A stretch of DNA of 64,000 nucleotides from Caldisericota bacterium (GTDB taxonomy: Bacteria; Caldisericota; Caldisericia; JAAYUI01): assembly GCA_029548865.1 (NCBI GenBank), contig JAKPMO010000002.1, positions 96,001 through 160,000 on the forward strand. Reading direction: 5' to 3'. This document shows, in pieces, positions 29,495 to 40,200 of the stretch. Positions within the stretch are counted from its first letter, which is position 1. Each line of letters opens with the position of its first letter. The translations under genes and the position numbers were made by a program. The notes beneath the pieces are model-generated. The model did not search any database and had not been told where the DNA came from. It worked only from the letters and a program-made list of their open reading frames with translations.

Positions 29495-29526
29495 AATCCC
29501 CCACCCATACGGGTGGGGGATTTTTT
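29495..29526 (+). terminator. Intrinsic terminator
   Basis: AATCCCCCACCC-ATAC-GGGTGGGGGATTTTTT. Confidence 0.85.
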
Positions 29527-29570
29527 AATGTAACCAGCCAGGGCAAACGTGAATCAAAGACAGTAACAAT

Positions 29571-29771
29571 ATGATGAGTGACTTAAAAAATTTGCTTAAG
29601 GTTCACAGGGTGCCCGGATTGTTCACGCAGAGCGTTATTGATGCATGGCGTGACAGACAAAACAAGCAGAAAGTCGTAAAGACAACAGCCGTCGCAAGCT
29701 ATTTCCTTTTTGCAGCGTTTTTGGCGTCGCTTCTGCTCATGTTTGCCAACAGGAGGCAAAGTGGAGCTTAA
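29571..29771 (+). CDS. Small hypothetical single-TM protein at the head of the fab operon
   Basis: 66-aa ORF filling the gap, with a C-terminal hydrophobic helix; overlaps the fabZ start by 11 nt. Confidence 0.45.
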   Translation: MMSDLKNLLKVHRVPGLFTQSVIDAWRDRQNKQKVVKTTAVASYFLFAAFLASLLLMFANRRQSGA

Positions 29772-30198
29772 TCAAAGTGAAATTCAGAAAATTCTACCGC
29801 ACCGCTATCCGTTCCTTTTTGTGGACAAAATACTTGAGCTTGAGCCTGGTGTAAAGGCTGTAGGAGTCAAGGCGGTAACTGGAACAGAGTCCCATTTTCA
29901 GGGGCATTTCCCTAACTATCCCGTAATGCCCGGCGTATTGATTGTTGAGGCCCTGGCCCAGGTCGGCGCTGTTTGTGGGCTTTCCCTCCCCGAATACGAG
30001 GGTGCGTTGGCCTTTTTTGCCGGTATTGAAAACCTGAGGTTCAAAAGACAGGTTGTTCCTGGTGATCTTTTGAGGCTTGAGATTGTTGTTGAGAGTGTCA
30101 AGATGGGTGTTTTCAAGTGCAATGCAACAGCCTATGTTGGTGATGAAGTCGCTGTTTCAGGGAGGCTTCTGGCCGCACTTCGAAAGGTGGAGAAATGA
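29761..30198 (+). CDS. fabZ: 3-hydroxyacyl-ACP dehydratase
   Basis: AGGAGG RBS then [34 protein letters not shown]. Confidence 0.95.
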   Translation: MELNQSEIQKILPHRYPFLFVDKILELEPGVKAVGVKAVTGTESHFQGHFPNYPVMPGVLIVEALAQVGAVCGLSLPEYEGALAFFAGIENLRFKRQVVPGDLLRLEIVVESVKMGVFKCNATAYVGDEVAVSGRLLAALRKVEK

Positions 30199-31172
30199 TA
30201 AATTCAGGAATCTTTGGTATAGGGACCTACCTACCCGAGAAGGTACTGACAAATTTTGACATGGAGAAAATAGTTGACACTACCGATGAATGGATAGTGT
30301 CTAGGTCTGGAATAAGAAATCGCCATGTTGTGGCCGAGGGACAGGCAACATCGGACATTTCCGTAATTGCTGCCCAGAGGGCCCTTGAAAATGCAGGTCT
30401 TGAGGCGAAGGACATAGACATGTTTATCGTTGCCACAGCAACGCCTGACATGCTGTTTCCGTCAACTGCTTGCATTGTTGCTTCCAAATTGGGCATTGTA
30501 GGCCCACCTGCATTTGACATCGCAGCTGGTTGCACCGGTTTTGTCTATGCTTTGACTCTTGCAAACTCATTTATTAAGTCTGGAATCCACAAGAGAATCC
30601 TTGTTATTGGGGCAGAGTCGCTCACAAGAATTTTGGACTGGACTGACAGATCAACATGCGTTCTTTTTGGTGATGGTGCTGGAGCAGTCATTGTTGGTGA
30701 AACTGAAAGAAATGGCATTGTGCACTCGGTCCTTGGGGCCGATGGTTCTGGTGGGCACAACCTCACCCTTCCTGCTGGAGGTTCGGCACTGCCCGCCTCC
30801 CATGAAACCGTTGATAAAAGATTGCATTATGTTCACATGAATGGGCCTGAAGTTTTCAAGTTTGCCGTAAGGGCAATGGCAAAGAGCTGCAAAGAAGTTT
30901 TGGAAAAGGCTGGAATGACAGTTTCAGACATCAATTGGTTTGTGCCACATCAGGCAAATATAAGGATCATCGAGTCAGCCTCCCAGAAACTTGGGATACC
31001 GATGGAAAAAGTCCTTGTGACCCTGGACAAGACTGGTAATACCTCTGCAGCGACAATTCCGATAACCATAGACATGGCAGTAAAAGAAGGAAAAATAAAG
31101 AAAGGAGACAAGCTCCTTGCAGTGGCTTTTGGCGCTGGATTGACATGGGGAGCTGTGGTCCTGGAATGGTAG
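30195..31172 (+). CDS. fabH: Beta-ketoacyl-ACP synthase III
   Basis: AGCTGF catalytic Cys, [30 protein letters not shown]. Confidence 0.96.
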   Translation: MINSGIFGIGTYLPEKVLTNFDMEKIVDTTDEWIVSRSGIRNRHVVAEGQATSDISVIAAQRALENAGLEAKDIDMFIVATATPDMLFPSTACIVASKLGIVGPPAFDIAAGCTGFVYALTLANSFIKSGIHKRILVIGAESLTRILDWTDRSTCVLFGDGAGAVIVGETERNGIVHSVLGADGSGGHNLTLPAGGSALPASHETVDKRLHYVHMNGPEVFKFAVRAMAKSCKEVLEKAGMTVSDINWFVPHQANIRIIESASQKLGIPMEKVLVTLDKTGNTSAATIPITIDMAVKEGKIKKGDKLLAVAFGAGLTWGAVVLEW

Positions 31173-31912
31173 ATCTTGAAGGAAAAGTAGCACTGGTAAC
31201 CGGTTCCTCAAGAGGCATAGGCAGATCAATTGCGCTTGAACTGGCAAAAGATGGTGCTGATATAGCAGTGAATTACCCTTTTGAGGCCGAGCTTGAAAAT
31301 GCAAACGAAACCGCAAGGCTTGTCCACGAGTTGGGCAGGAGAGCCCTTGTTGTTGAAGCAAATGTTGCTAACCTTTCATCGTGCGAAGAAATGGCAAAAA
31401 GGGTTGTTTCTGAGTTGGGCAAAATAGATATTCTTGTCAATAACGCAGGAGTGACAGCAGATACTTTGATTTTAAGGATGAAAGAGTCTGACTGGGACAA
31501 GGTAATCGAAATCAACCTCAAAGGTACCTTTAATTGCACAAAAGCTTGCCTTAGGGCGCTAATGGAAACAAAAGGCAGGATCATCAACATTTCTTCAGTG
31601 ATTGGAATCATGGGCAACATAGGCCAGGCAAATTATGCTGCTTCAAAAGGCGGCATAATTGCTCTGACAAAATCTGTTGCCAAAGAGATGGGCTCAAGGG
31701 GCATAACATGCAACGCAATTGCTCCAGGTTTTATTGAAACACCAATGACCCAGGCACTTACAGAGCAGGTCAGAAATGAATATTTGAGCAAGATACCACT
31801 TCGAAGATTTGGTCTTCCCGAAGACATCGCAGGAGTAGCATCCTTCCTTGCCTCCCCGAAAGGCAGTTATATAAATGGGGCCACCATCGTAATCGATGGC
31901 GGGCTCCTCTAA
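31166..31912 (+). CDS. fabG: 3-oxoacyl-ACP reductase
   Basis: TGSSRGIG, NNAG, GNIGQANYAASKGG, APGFIETPMT. Confidence 0.95.
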   Translation: MVDLEGKVALVTGSSRGIGRSIALELAKDGADIAVNYPFEAELENANETARLVHELGRRALVVEANVANLSSCEEMAKRVVSELGKIDILVNNAGVTADTLILRMKESDWDKVIEINLKGTFNCTKACLRALMETKGRIINISSVIGIMGNIGQANYAASKGGIIALTKSVAKEMGSRGITCNAIAPGFIETPMTQALTEQVRNEYLSKIPLRRFGLPEDIAGVASFLASPKGSYINGATIVIDGGLL

Positions 31913-31934
31913 TCCACTTTACAAGAGGTGAATC

Positions 31935-32177
31935 ATGAACACAAACGAAATTTTTGAACAGATGAAAGACATCATAGTCGAGAAGCTTGGCGTTGAAAAA
32001 GACAAGATCAAGATGGAATCCAAGTTTATGGACGACCTTGGCGCAGATAGCCTTGGCCTTGTGGATGTCACCATGGAACTTGAGGAGAAATTTGGCGTTT
32101 CAATCCCGGACGAAGACCTCCCGAAAATAACAACAGTAGCATCAGCTGTTGACTACGTCCAGAAGAAGCTTTCGTAA
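31935..32177 (+). CDS. acpP: Acyl carrier protein
   Basis: DLGADSL phosphopantetheine site; LEEKFG. Confidence 0.95.
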   Translation: MNTNEIFEQMKDIIVEKLGVEKDKIKMESKFMDDLGADSLGLVDVTMELEEKFGVSIPDEDLPKITTVASAVDYVQKKLS

Positions 32178-33412
32178 TGAGACGCGTAGTCGTAACTGGC
32201 CTTGGCCTGGTTACGCCGGCTGGTATCGGAAAAGAAGCTTTCTGGAGTTCACTTGTTGAAGGCAAGTCTGGCGTTGGCAAAATTTCAAAATATGACATGT
32301 CAGGCTATCCGGTGCAGATTGGTGCTGAGGTCAAGGATTTTGACCCATCCAAATACATTGACTCAAAAGAAATTCCGCGAACAGACCTTTTCGTCCAGTA
32401 CGCTCTTGCTGCTGCCATGCTATGTGTCCAGGATTCCAAGATAAACCTTGAGAGTTCCAACAGGGACCGAATTGGGACATTAATATCAACTGGTATTGGT
32501 GGTCTGCAGACTATCGAGAAGAACATCATGGCAAGGATCGAGAAGGGCCCAACCAGGGTTTCCCCATTGTTTGTGCCAATGATGATTGGAAATATGGCTT
32601 CTGCCCATGTGTCCATGAAATATGGTTTGAGGGGCCCTTCCTCGAACATCGTTACCGCTTGTGCAACCTCCAATTATGCCCTCGCGGAAGCCTCCGAAAT
32701 GATCAAGCGCGATGACGCAGATCTCATGTTCGCAGGTGGCGTAGAGGCTTCTCTCATCCCGCTGGGTGTCATTGGCTTTGCAAACATGAAGGCTCTTTCC
32801 ACAAGAAATGACGACCCGGAAAAAGCATCACGTCCATTTGATAAGGACCGCGATGGCTTTGTTATGGGCGAGGGTGGAGCTGTATTGCTGCTTGAAGAGT
32901 ATGAGCATGCAAAAGCCAGGGGTGCACAGATTTATTGTGAAATAAAGGGCGCTGGTTATTCAAGCGATGCTTATCACATTACACAGCCTGACCCGGATGG
33001 CTGGGGCGCAAAAGCTTGCATGAAGAACGCAATGCGCAAGGCCGGAGTGGGTATTGAGAATATAGATTATATCAATGCCCATGGCACCTCAACACCTCTC
33101 AATGACAGGATAGAGGCCAAGGCCATTGCAGATGTATTTGGAGACAGAACCGGAGAAATACTTGTCAACTCGACAAAGTCGATGGTGGGTCACCTGCTTG
33201 GCGCCGCTGGTGCAGTAGAGGCCGCCGCAGTGGCACTTCAGATAGTCAATAAAACCGTCCACCCTTCAATAAATTTTGAAAACCCTGATCCCGAAAGCAA
33301 ACTCAACATTGCCGCAAAAGCTGTTAAAAAAGAAGTGAAATACGCACTTTCAAATTCGTTTGGGTTTGGTGGACACAACTGCTGTATTGTTTTTGGGAGG
33401 GTTGATGCCTGA
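32177..33412 (+). CDS. fabF: Beta-ketoacyl-ACP synthase II
   Basis: RRVVVTGLG, TACATS, INAHGTST, KSMVGHLLGAAG, SNSFGFGGHN. Confidence 0.96.
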   Translation: MRRVVVTGLGLVTPAGIGKEAFWSSLVEGKSGVGKISKYDMSGYPVQIGAEVKDFDPSKYIDSKEIPRTDLFVQYALAAAMLCVQDSKINLESSNRDRIGTLISTGIGGLQTIEKNIMARIEKGPTRVSPLFVPMMIGNMASAHVSMKYGLRGPSSNIVTACATSNYALAEASEMIKRDDADLMFAGGVEASLIPLGVIGFANMKALSTRNDDPEKASRPFDKDRDGFVMGEGGAVLLLEEYEHAKARGAQIYCEIKGAGYSSDAYHITQPDPDGWGAKACMKNAMRKAGVGIENIDYINAHGTSTPLNDRIEAKAIADVFGDRTGEILVNSTKSMVGHLLGAAGAVEAAAVALQIVNKTVHPSINFENPDPESKLNIAAKAVKKEVKYALSNSFGFGGHNCCIVFGRVDA

Positions 33413-34208
33413 AGATAATGTCCAGAAATGCAAAGGTTGCAACAGACCTCTAGATATGCCTGCTTTTGAGGCAAATATGAGGATTTGTCCGAAGTGTGGA
33501 AGCCATGAACAGGTGCCTGTGAGAGAAAGAATCAAGATGACCGTAGACGAAGGTTCCTTCAAGGAGCTTTGGGGACATCTGGTTTCAAAAGACCTCATTG
33601 GTTTTGTAGATTCAAAACCCTATGCCGACAGAATTATTGAAACAATCAATAAAACAGGCGAGAATGATGCCATAGTGACTGGCGATGCATCAATCCATGA
33701 AACAAAGGTTGCCATTGGTTTTATGAATTTCGGGTTTATCGGTGGGTCCATGGGCGTTGTTGTGGGTGAGAAAATAATGAGGCTTGCCGAACACGCTCTC
33801 AAGGAAAAGGTGCCAATGATCATTTTCTCCCAGTCAGGCGGGGCCAGGATGCAAGAGTCTGTTTTCTCCCTCATGCAGCTTGCTAGAATGTCTGGTGCCA
33901 TTTACAGGTTCCAGGAGCATGGCGGCCTGTATATTTCGGTGATATGTAATCCTTGTACTGGCGGTGCATCAGCTTCTTTTGCTTTCCAGGGTGACATAAT
34001 CATATCCGAACCAGGCGCACTGATAGGTTTTGCAGGCCCAAGGGTTATCGAGCAGACGATAAAACAGAAACTACCGCCAGGTTTCCAGACAGCTGAGTTT
34101 TTACAAGAAAAAGGCTTCCTGGACAAAGTTGTTGACAGGAAGAACATGCGCTGGGTGCTTGGCAAGATACTTTCACTCTATCGTGGTATTCCGATGGAGG
34201 TGGCCTGA
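33405..34208 (+). CDS. accD: Acetyl-CoA carboxylase carboxyltransferase beta subunit
   Basis: Zn ribbon CKGC...CPKC, GGSMG, SGGARMQE, IGFAGPRVIEQTI. Confidence 0.95.
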   Translation: MPEDNVQKCKGCNRPLDMPAFEANMRICPKCGSHEQVPVRERIKMTVDEGSFKELWGHLVSKDLIGFVDSKPYADRIIETINKTGENDAIVTGDASIHETKVAIGFMNFGFIGGSMGVVVGEKIMRLAEHALKEKVPMIIFSQSGGARMQESVFSLMQLARMSGAIYRFQEHGGLYISVICNPCTGGASASFAFQGDIIISEPGALIGFAGPRVIEQTIKQKLPPGFQTAEFLQEKGFLDKVVDRKNMRWVLGKILSLYRGIPMEVA

Positions 34209-35155
34209 TGGTTTACCTTGATTTTGAAAAACCAATAGTTGAACTGGAACAAAAACTTGAAGAGTTTCGCAAGCAGGCAATTGCACGTTCCCTTGACCTT
34301 ACAAATTCCATCCAGACAGTCCAGAGGGAAATAGAAAACAGGCTTGAAGAAATCTATTCAAATCTTACCCCTTACCAGACAGTTCAGGTTGCTCGCCATG
34401 TAATGAGACCAAAGGTCCAGGACCATGTAAGGTTTATGACCCCGGACTACATAATGCTCCATGGTGACAGGTATTTTGCCGATGATCATGCCATGTGGGC
34501 ATCAGTTGGTTCACTTGATGGCAGAACAGTGTTTATTATTGGTCACAACAGAGGATCCAACGTCAAGGAGAACATAAAAGGCAACTTTGGAATGGCATCT
34601 CCAGAGGGCTACAGAAAGGCCATGAGGGTAATGGAGCTTGCTGATAAATTCCATGCCCCGGTCATAACCCTCCTTGACACTCCTGGCGCTTATCCGGGAA
34701 TTGGCGCGGAAGAAAGGGGACAGGCTGAAGCCATTGCCGCCAACATAAGGGACATGTTCGGAGTCAAGGTGCCAATCGTAACGGTTGTTATTGGCGAAGG
34801 CGGTTCTGGCGGTGCCCTTGGAATCGGCGTTGGTGACAGGGTCTTGATGATGAAATATGCAATGTATTCGGTAATTTCTCCTGAGGGATGTGCTTCAATT
34901 CTCTTCAGAGACGGAACCAGGTTCAGGGAAACCGCCCAGATGCTTAAGCTCACAGCACCAGATCTCAAACAACTTGGATTGATAGATGAGGTTATTGACG
35001 AACCGGTTGGTGGCGCCCACAGGTCCCCGGTCGAAGCAATGACATTTGTCAAAGAAGCTGTAAAAAGGAATATCTCAGAACTTCTTGATGTAAAAGGCTC
35101 AATCACTGATTATCGCTACAACAAATACAAAAACTTGCCACCAAAGATGGATTGA
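34208..35155 (+). CDS. accA: Acetyl-CoA carboxylase carboxyltransferase alpha subunit
   Basis: LDFEKPI, DTPGAYPGIGAEERGQ, GEGGSGGAL, SVISPEGCASIL. Confidence 0.96.
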   Translation: MVYLDFEKPIVELEQKLEEFRKQAIARSLDLTNSIQTVQREIENRLEEIYSNLTPYQTVQVARHVMRPKVQDHVRFMTPDYIMLHGDRYFADDHAMWASVGSLDGRTVFIIGHNRGSNVKENIKGNFGMASPEGYRKAMRVMELADKFHAPVITLLDTPGAYPGIGAEERGQAEAIAANIRDMFGVKVPIVTVVIGEGGSGGALGIGVGDRVLMMKYAMYSVISPEGCASILFRDGTRFRETAQMLKLTAPDLKQLGLIDEVIDEPVGGAHRSPVEAMTFVKEAVKRNISELLDVKGSITDYRYNKYKNLPPKMD

Positions 35156-35169
35156 TCGAATAGTATTTC

Positions 35170-35198
35170 AAAGCCCCCGAGTTTTCGGGGGCTTTTTT
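35170..35198 (+). terminator. Terminator of the fab/acc operon
   Basis: AAAGCCCCCGA-GTTT-TCGGGGGCTTTTTT. Confidence 0.85.
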
Positions 35199-35726
35199 AT
35201 TTTAGGTTACAATGGTGTATACCATACTCACAACTAGCACCTAATCATAGTAAACCAAAACCTTATTATGAAGATGATATTTATTTGTAACAATCTGCAT
35301 TTTATCATTTTTTTGATCAATTAAATCATTGACGCCTGTTTTATAAATGGTTTCTAGAAATCGTTTCCTGTGCTTAATTTTAGGGTGTTTTGAAACTATG
35401 GGTGTTAGATAGGCATATTAATATAAAACTGTAATGACTAACCAAATACCACTATATGATTATATATTATACTCTAAGACACAATATGTTACATAATATG
35501 TTCTAATCATAATTAGTATGCATACTGATTTAGCGTAAGAAAAAGACCCAAACCAATGATGCCTGCTTTTTGCGGTAAAAAAAATCGTTATCTTGAAAAA
35601 TATGCGCACAGACCGTAACATTTTCGTTGCCTTCCCATAATAAAGAAATGTAGATAAATGCTGTATTTGTGCTGAATTAGCACATGTTAATATGGGATAC
35701 TTTTTCACAATATTGAAAAAAGGGGC

Positions 35727-35755
35727 TTGACAAACACACTCCTATTTGTTAGACT
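35727..35755 (+). promoter_or_regulatory. Extended -10 sigma70-type promoter of the response regulator
   Basis: TTGACA-17nt-TAGACT preceded by TG. Confidence 0.65.
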
Positions 35756-35799
35756 GCAACCGATTTAGAATTAAATTTGGGTTCATCGTGAAAGGAAGC

Positions 35800-37203
35800 A
35801 TGGCAGGCAGAAAGCACACAGTTTTAATTGCAGACGATGAAGAGGGAATAAGGGATCTTCTTAAAGAAATCTGCGAAGAAGAGGGCTGGTCTGTCATATT
35901 TGCATCTGACGGAAAAGAGGCCCTTGAAAAAACAAAGAAAAGCCTCCCTGATGCTATCGTAATGGATGTCAGGATGCCGGTTATGGATGGCATCAAGACA
36001 TTCAAGAAAATGAAAGAATCTGGAATAGACGTGCCTGTAATTCTTATGACGGCCTATGGGTCATCTGACATCGCCATCGAGGCAATGAAACAGGGCGCCT
36101 ACGATTACATAACAAAACCGTTCGATATTGAAGAGATGAGGATGCAAATCCGCAAAGCCCTCCAGCTCAGGGAGTTGACGGCGGAAGTATTCTCTCTCAA
36201 GACAGGAATGACTGCAAGCTTCAGGCTCGAAGAACTGATCGGCAGTTCTCCTGCAATGCAACAGGTCTACAAGTCAATCGGCAGAATTGCTGAATCTGAC
36301 GCCACAGTCCTCATAAGGGGTGAATCTGGCACAGGAAAAGATGTTGTTGCCAGGGCTATCTTCATGAACTCGAACCGCAGAGACAAACCCTTTGTTGCGG
36401 TTAACTGCGCTGCCATTCCTGAGGGCCTTCTTGAATCAGAACTTTTTGGTCATGAAAAGGGTGCTTTTACTGATGCCGTTTCTGTCCACAAGGGAAAATT
36501 TGAACAGGCCGCTGATGGAACCATATTCCTCGACGAAGTTGGAGACATGAGCCTTCCGCTTCAGGCGAAAGTCCTAAGAGTTCTCCAGGACAGAACTTAT
36601 GACAGGGTTGGAGGAAAAGAAGTCCTCATCTCAGAGGCCAGGGTAATCGCGGCCACAAACCAGGACCTCGAAACACTGGTCAGGGAAAAGCGTTTCAGAG
36701 AAGACCTCTATTACAGGCTGAATGTAGTGACAATAACCCTCCCACCACTTCGTGAACGTAAGGAAGACATCCAGGACCTTGTTGATCATTTCATAAAAAA
36801 ATATTGCTCAAAATATAATAAAATCATTGCTGGCGTCTCACCACAAGCAATGAAATTCCTTGGTGATTATGATTGGCCGGGAAACGTCCGCGAGCTTGAA
36901 AATGCAATTGCCAGGGCAGTCATCATCGCCAATTCGCCATTAATTCTTCCAGAATATTTACCGCACACGATTACTTCTTATAAGGCAAGAGAACCGATGT
37001 TTCAGAACAAAGGTGCCATGCCAAAGCTCCATGAGGCTGTTGAGGAGCTTGAAGCCGGATTAATAAAGAGGGCGCTGAAGGAGACCAAAGGCAACCGCAC
37101 AAAAGCTGCGGAGCTCCTTGGGATACCGAGGCGTTCGTTGTACACAAAGATTCAGGAGTACAACATAGGTCTAGATGAGATTGAACCAGACAATGAAATA
37201 TAA
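35800..37203 (+). CDS. NtrC/AtoC-family sigma54-dependent response regulator (REC-AAA+-Fis HTH)
   Basis: LIADDE, MDVRMPVMDG, GESGTGKD, ESELFGHEKGAFTDA, FLDEVG, REDLYYRLNV, WPGNVREL, GNRTKAAELLGI. Confidence 0.95.
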   Translation: MAGRKHTVLIADDEEGIRDLLKEICEEEGWSVIFASDGKEALEKTKKSLPDAIVMDVRMPVMDGIKTFKKMKESGIDVPVILMTAYGSSDIAIEAMKQGAYDYITKPFDIEEMRMQIRKALQLRELTAEVFSLKTGMTASFRLEELIGSSPAMQQVYKSIGRIAESDATVLIRGESGTGKDVVARAIFMNSNRRDKPFVAVNCAAIPEGLLESELFGHEKGAFTDAVSVHKGKFEQAADGTIFLDEVGDMSLPLQAKVLRVLQDRTYDRVGGKEVLISEARVIAATNQDLETLVREKRFREDLYYRLNVVTITLPPLRERKEDIQDLVDHFIKKYCSKYNKIIAGVSPQAMKFLGDYDWPGNVRELENAIARAVIIANSPLILPEYLPHTITSYKAREPMFQNKGAMPKLHEAVEELEAGLIKRALKETKGNRTKAAELLGIPRRSLYTKIQEYNIGLDEIEPDNEI

Positions 37204-37267
37204 TGTAATAACAGACGAGTTTGCGATGGTTCGCACGAAAAGTGCGTTTAAGAAAGGAGCAAATGCT

Positions 37268-40200
37268 ATGAAACGTCTGCTTTCTCTAGCTTTGGTTGCT
37301 TTGCTGTTCCTCTCGATACCAGTGGTACCAACCTTTGCTGATGTCAGCAAAGTCAAGGTTGTACCGTATCCGAGGACGGCCGGAAAGATGGCCTCATATC
37401 AGATTGGTTTTAATGTCACGAGGCCGTTGGAGGCAAACAAGGACTCCATAACCGTCACTCTCCCAAACGAGACTACGGTTCCGGAGTATGTGTCTTCCTC
37501 GGTGATCTCCATTAATCCCAAACTTCAGATTGGAGCCGACTACAAGCTCAATTTCGCAACTGGTGATATAACATTTACAAACCCATTGCGCGAGGGAGAC
37601 ATGATCAGGGCCTCCTACACTTATGAAGCCAATGAAGACTACACAATGATGCCAAAACAGGCAGATGTGAAGTTCTTCGACAGGAGCTTCCCAACCGGAG
37701 ACCCAAGAAGCAATAATGGAACGTTTGATCCGGGTGAATGGGTCTACGAAGACAGGGACCACAACGGCCGCATATCACCAGGCGACAGAAGATTGATGGT
37801 TGTAAAAGGTGTTATTGGTGGTGGTGTTCCTGCTACTCCTGGTTGGCCTGATGTTACCGGAGAAGATGCAAAACAAAACTCCATTGTTGCCTCAGGAGAT
37901 GGCGATTGTGGTGATTGCAATACCACATCACCCAGTTTCCCTTTACAGCCGTTGTCACTGATCAGGTTGACTATGGTCGATGTCAATGAGGATGGAATAT
38001 ACAACGAGGGTGACTATCTGTTTGACGACAGGGACCAGTCAGGCACCGTTTCATTTGGTGACAGCATGCTAACAGGCATCGTCTATTTCCCACCCCTGAC
38101 CACTGTTGCCTTCAATGATCCGGATGCTGGTGGCCGAATCTCTACTGCCACATTGCAGACCTTTAGTGGCACAAATACAAGGCATGCAGACAATGGCCAG
38201 ACTCCCGGATCGTATGATCCAGGGGAGGCCATTTACCAGGATTGCAACTCAAATTATCTCGTTGATGCTGGAGATGTAAGGCTTAGCACCGTTGCGATAA
38301 TGAGCAATGGTGCCATGACATATTACTCCATATTATCAAATGTTGTTTCAGGGGACAGAGATGTTGGCACAAGACTGATGGATTTTAAAATCATCTCCGG
38401 TGAAGAAGAGGTTTTTTTGAGTTCCGATCCTGTTTACGATCCGGGAGAACCCATATACAAAAATGGCACAGGGCGCACAACACTGGGAACAACCCCTGTT
38501 CCTGGGGATATCAGGTTGTCATCGTGGTCGGTTGCAGCTTATATGCCAACTTCAATTATTGGTATTACCTCAACTGGAGAGGCTGATGTGAACAATCAAC
38601 TTGTTCCATTCAACACATCCCAGATCACGAAAGCTGAATTAATAACACTTGACAGAACTGCTATTGGTACAAATTTTGTGAACTATACTGGAGCAGATTT
38701 TATAAGAGGCTCTAACAATACAGAAATATCAACCCCAATGGCAGGAAATGCATGTCCTTCCACTTTTCCACCCACTCCACCCACTCCACCCAATCCTAAT
38801 CCGGTTCTGGATGGATGGATGTATCGTGATATGGATGGTTCGAATGATGTAACCCCGGGGGATGTCCGCCTCACCAGTGTCGAGATAAATCAGGGGTCAG
38901 TGCTTGTATCCTATTCGGCAGGTTCAATTGTAAAAACTGGAGAACTGGACGCTATTCCGCTTTCATCGACCACATTCCCGATGAGTTTGGTAAGCCCAGA
39001 TGATTCAACTCGTTTTTTTACAACGCACTGCTCACATACTGAAAATATCAGAATAGACAATACCTTTGAACCTGGCGAATATATTTATGATGATGTCGAT
39101 GGCAGTGGTTCTGTTAGCCTTAATGACATAAGGCTTGTTCCTGTCGGAGTAACATCTTTTGGCAACAAATCGGTTGGCAACAATTTCCCCCTCCTCGGCA
39201 GGACGCTTACACGTGGCTGGGCCCGCATTGAGAACAAAATCATTGTTCCGTATGCCCAGGCTGGCACAAAAACTGCAAAACTGGATTCCAATTCCCTTGT
39301 TATTCTTCCAACACTTGAGCCACCACAACCACCAGCATACATTAAGGCAGAACCGATGACGCTTCCAGGTGGTTCAACACATCTGACAGGGAGTGGCAAA
39401 TGGTTTATTAGGGTTGCTGCAGTGAACATGTATGGTGAAGGCGAACCTTCAGATTCAATGGAAGTGAATTTTGCGCAGGGAACTCAAAATGCCGTCAAGA
39501 TATCTTGGCGTGCCGTTCCTTATGCGAAATCCTACAGAATCTATAAATCTCGCAACGAAACATACTTCCCATCATCTGCACTTCTGGCAGAGATCAACGG
39601 ATCTTCTACTGAATACATTGACAGGGGGACGGTTATCACAGAAGGAACACTTGCCTTTCCATACAAAGCCTCATTCGTAACACTCTGGAGAGGCAGGGGT
39701 GGTCAGGAAACTGAACTTGTCGAGTTCAAATGCGCAGATTACGAAATTGATCTTGCAACCGGACTCATCAGGTTCCGCAGGGCACTCAAGCCATATGAAA
39801 TCATTCTTGCCAACTACAAGTATGCAGATGGCAAGCAGGCCATGGGACCTGGTGCTGATCCGTGCACTACTGTGGGCCACAAAGACGAGGATGTATATGT
39901 TGATGTCCAGAGAGGGATTGGAAAATTGTTGCATGCTCCCGCTATTAACCCTGTTATAGATCCACTTCATTACTGCTTCAGGCTCTGGAGGGCACCAAAA
40001 ATTGATCCAGCAAATCCTTATCTTTTAAGGGCCGGTTCGGATTACACGATCAACTTTGAAAGTGGCGAAATAAGGTTTTCTTCGCATGTTGTAAAAGACG
40101 GTGACATTATAACAGCCGATTATGATACATTCGAAGAAGTTGCCGGTGAATCCCTTGTCGAGGCAATATCAACTGGCATCACAGAAGCAAGAACCATGGC

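Noticed and set aside
22031..29526. Genomic island integrated at the tRNA pair (WYL gene nearby)
   Set aside because: No integrase, no duplicated tRNA 3' end seen, no obvious compositional shift, and the genes resemble the host's own surface families
35199..35726. CRISPR array, replication origin or real CDS (35460..35708 minus) in the AT-rich gap
   Set aside because: No regularly spaced repeats, no cluster of DnaA boxes noticed, and the ORF has no recognisable motif or RBS
37520..40130. Prophage tail or baseplate gene suggested by DYxIDxxTGxIxF motifs
   Set aside because: The motifs sit inside a signal-peptide-bearing, stalk-terminated protein with no phage genes nearby
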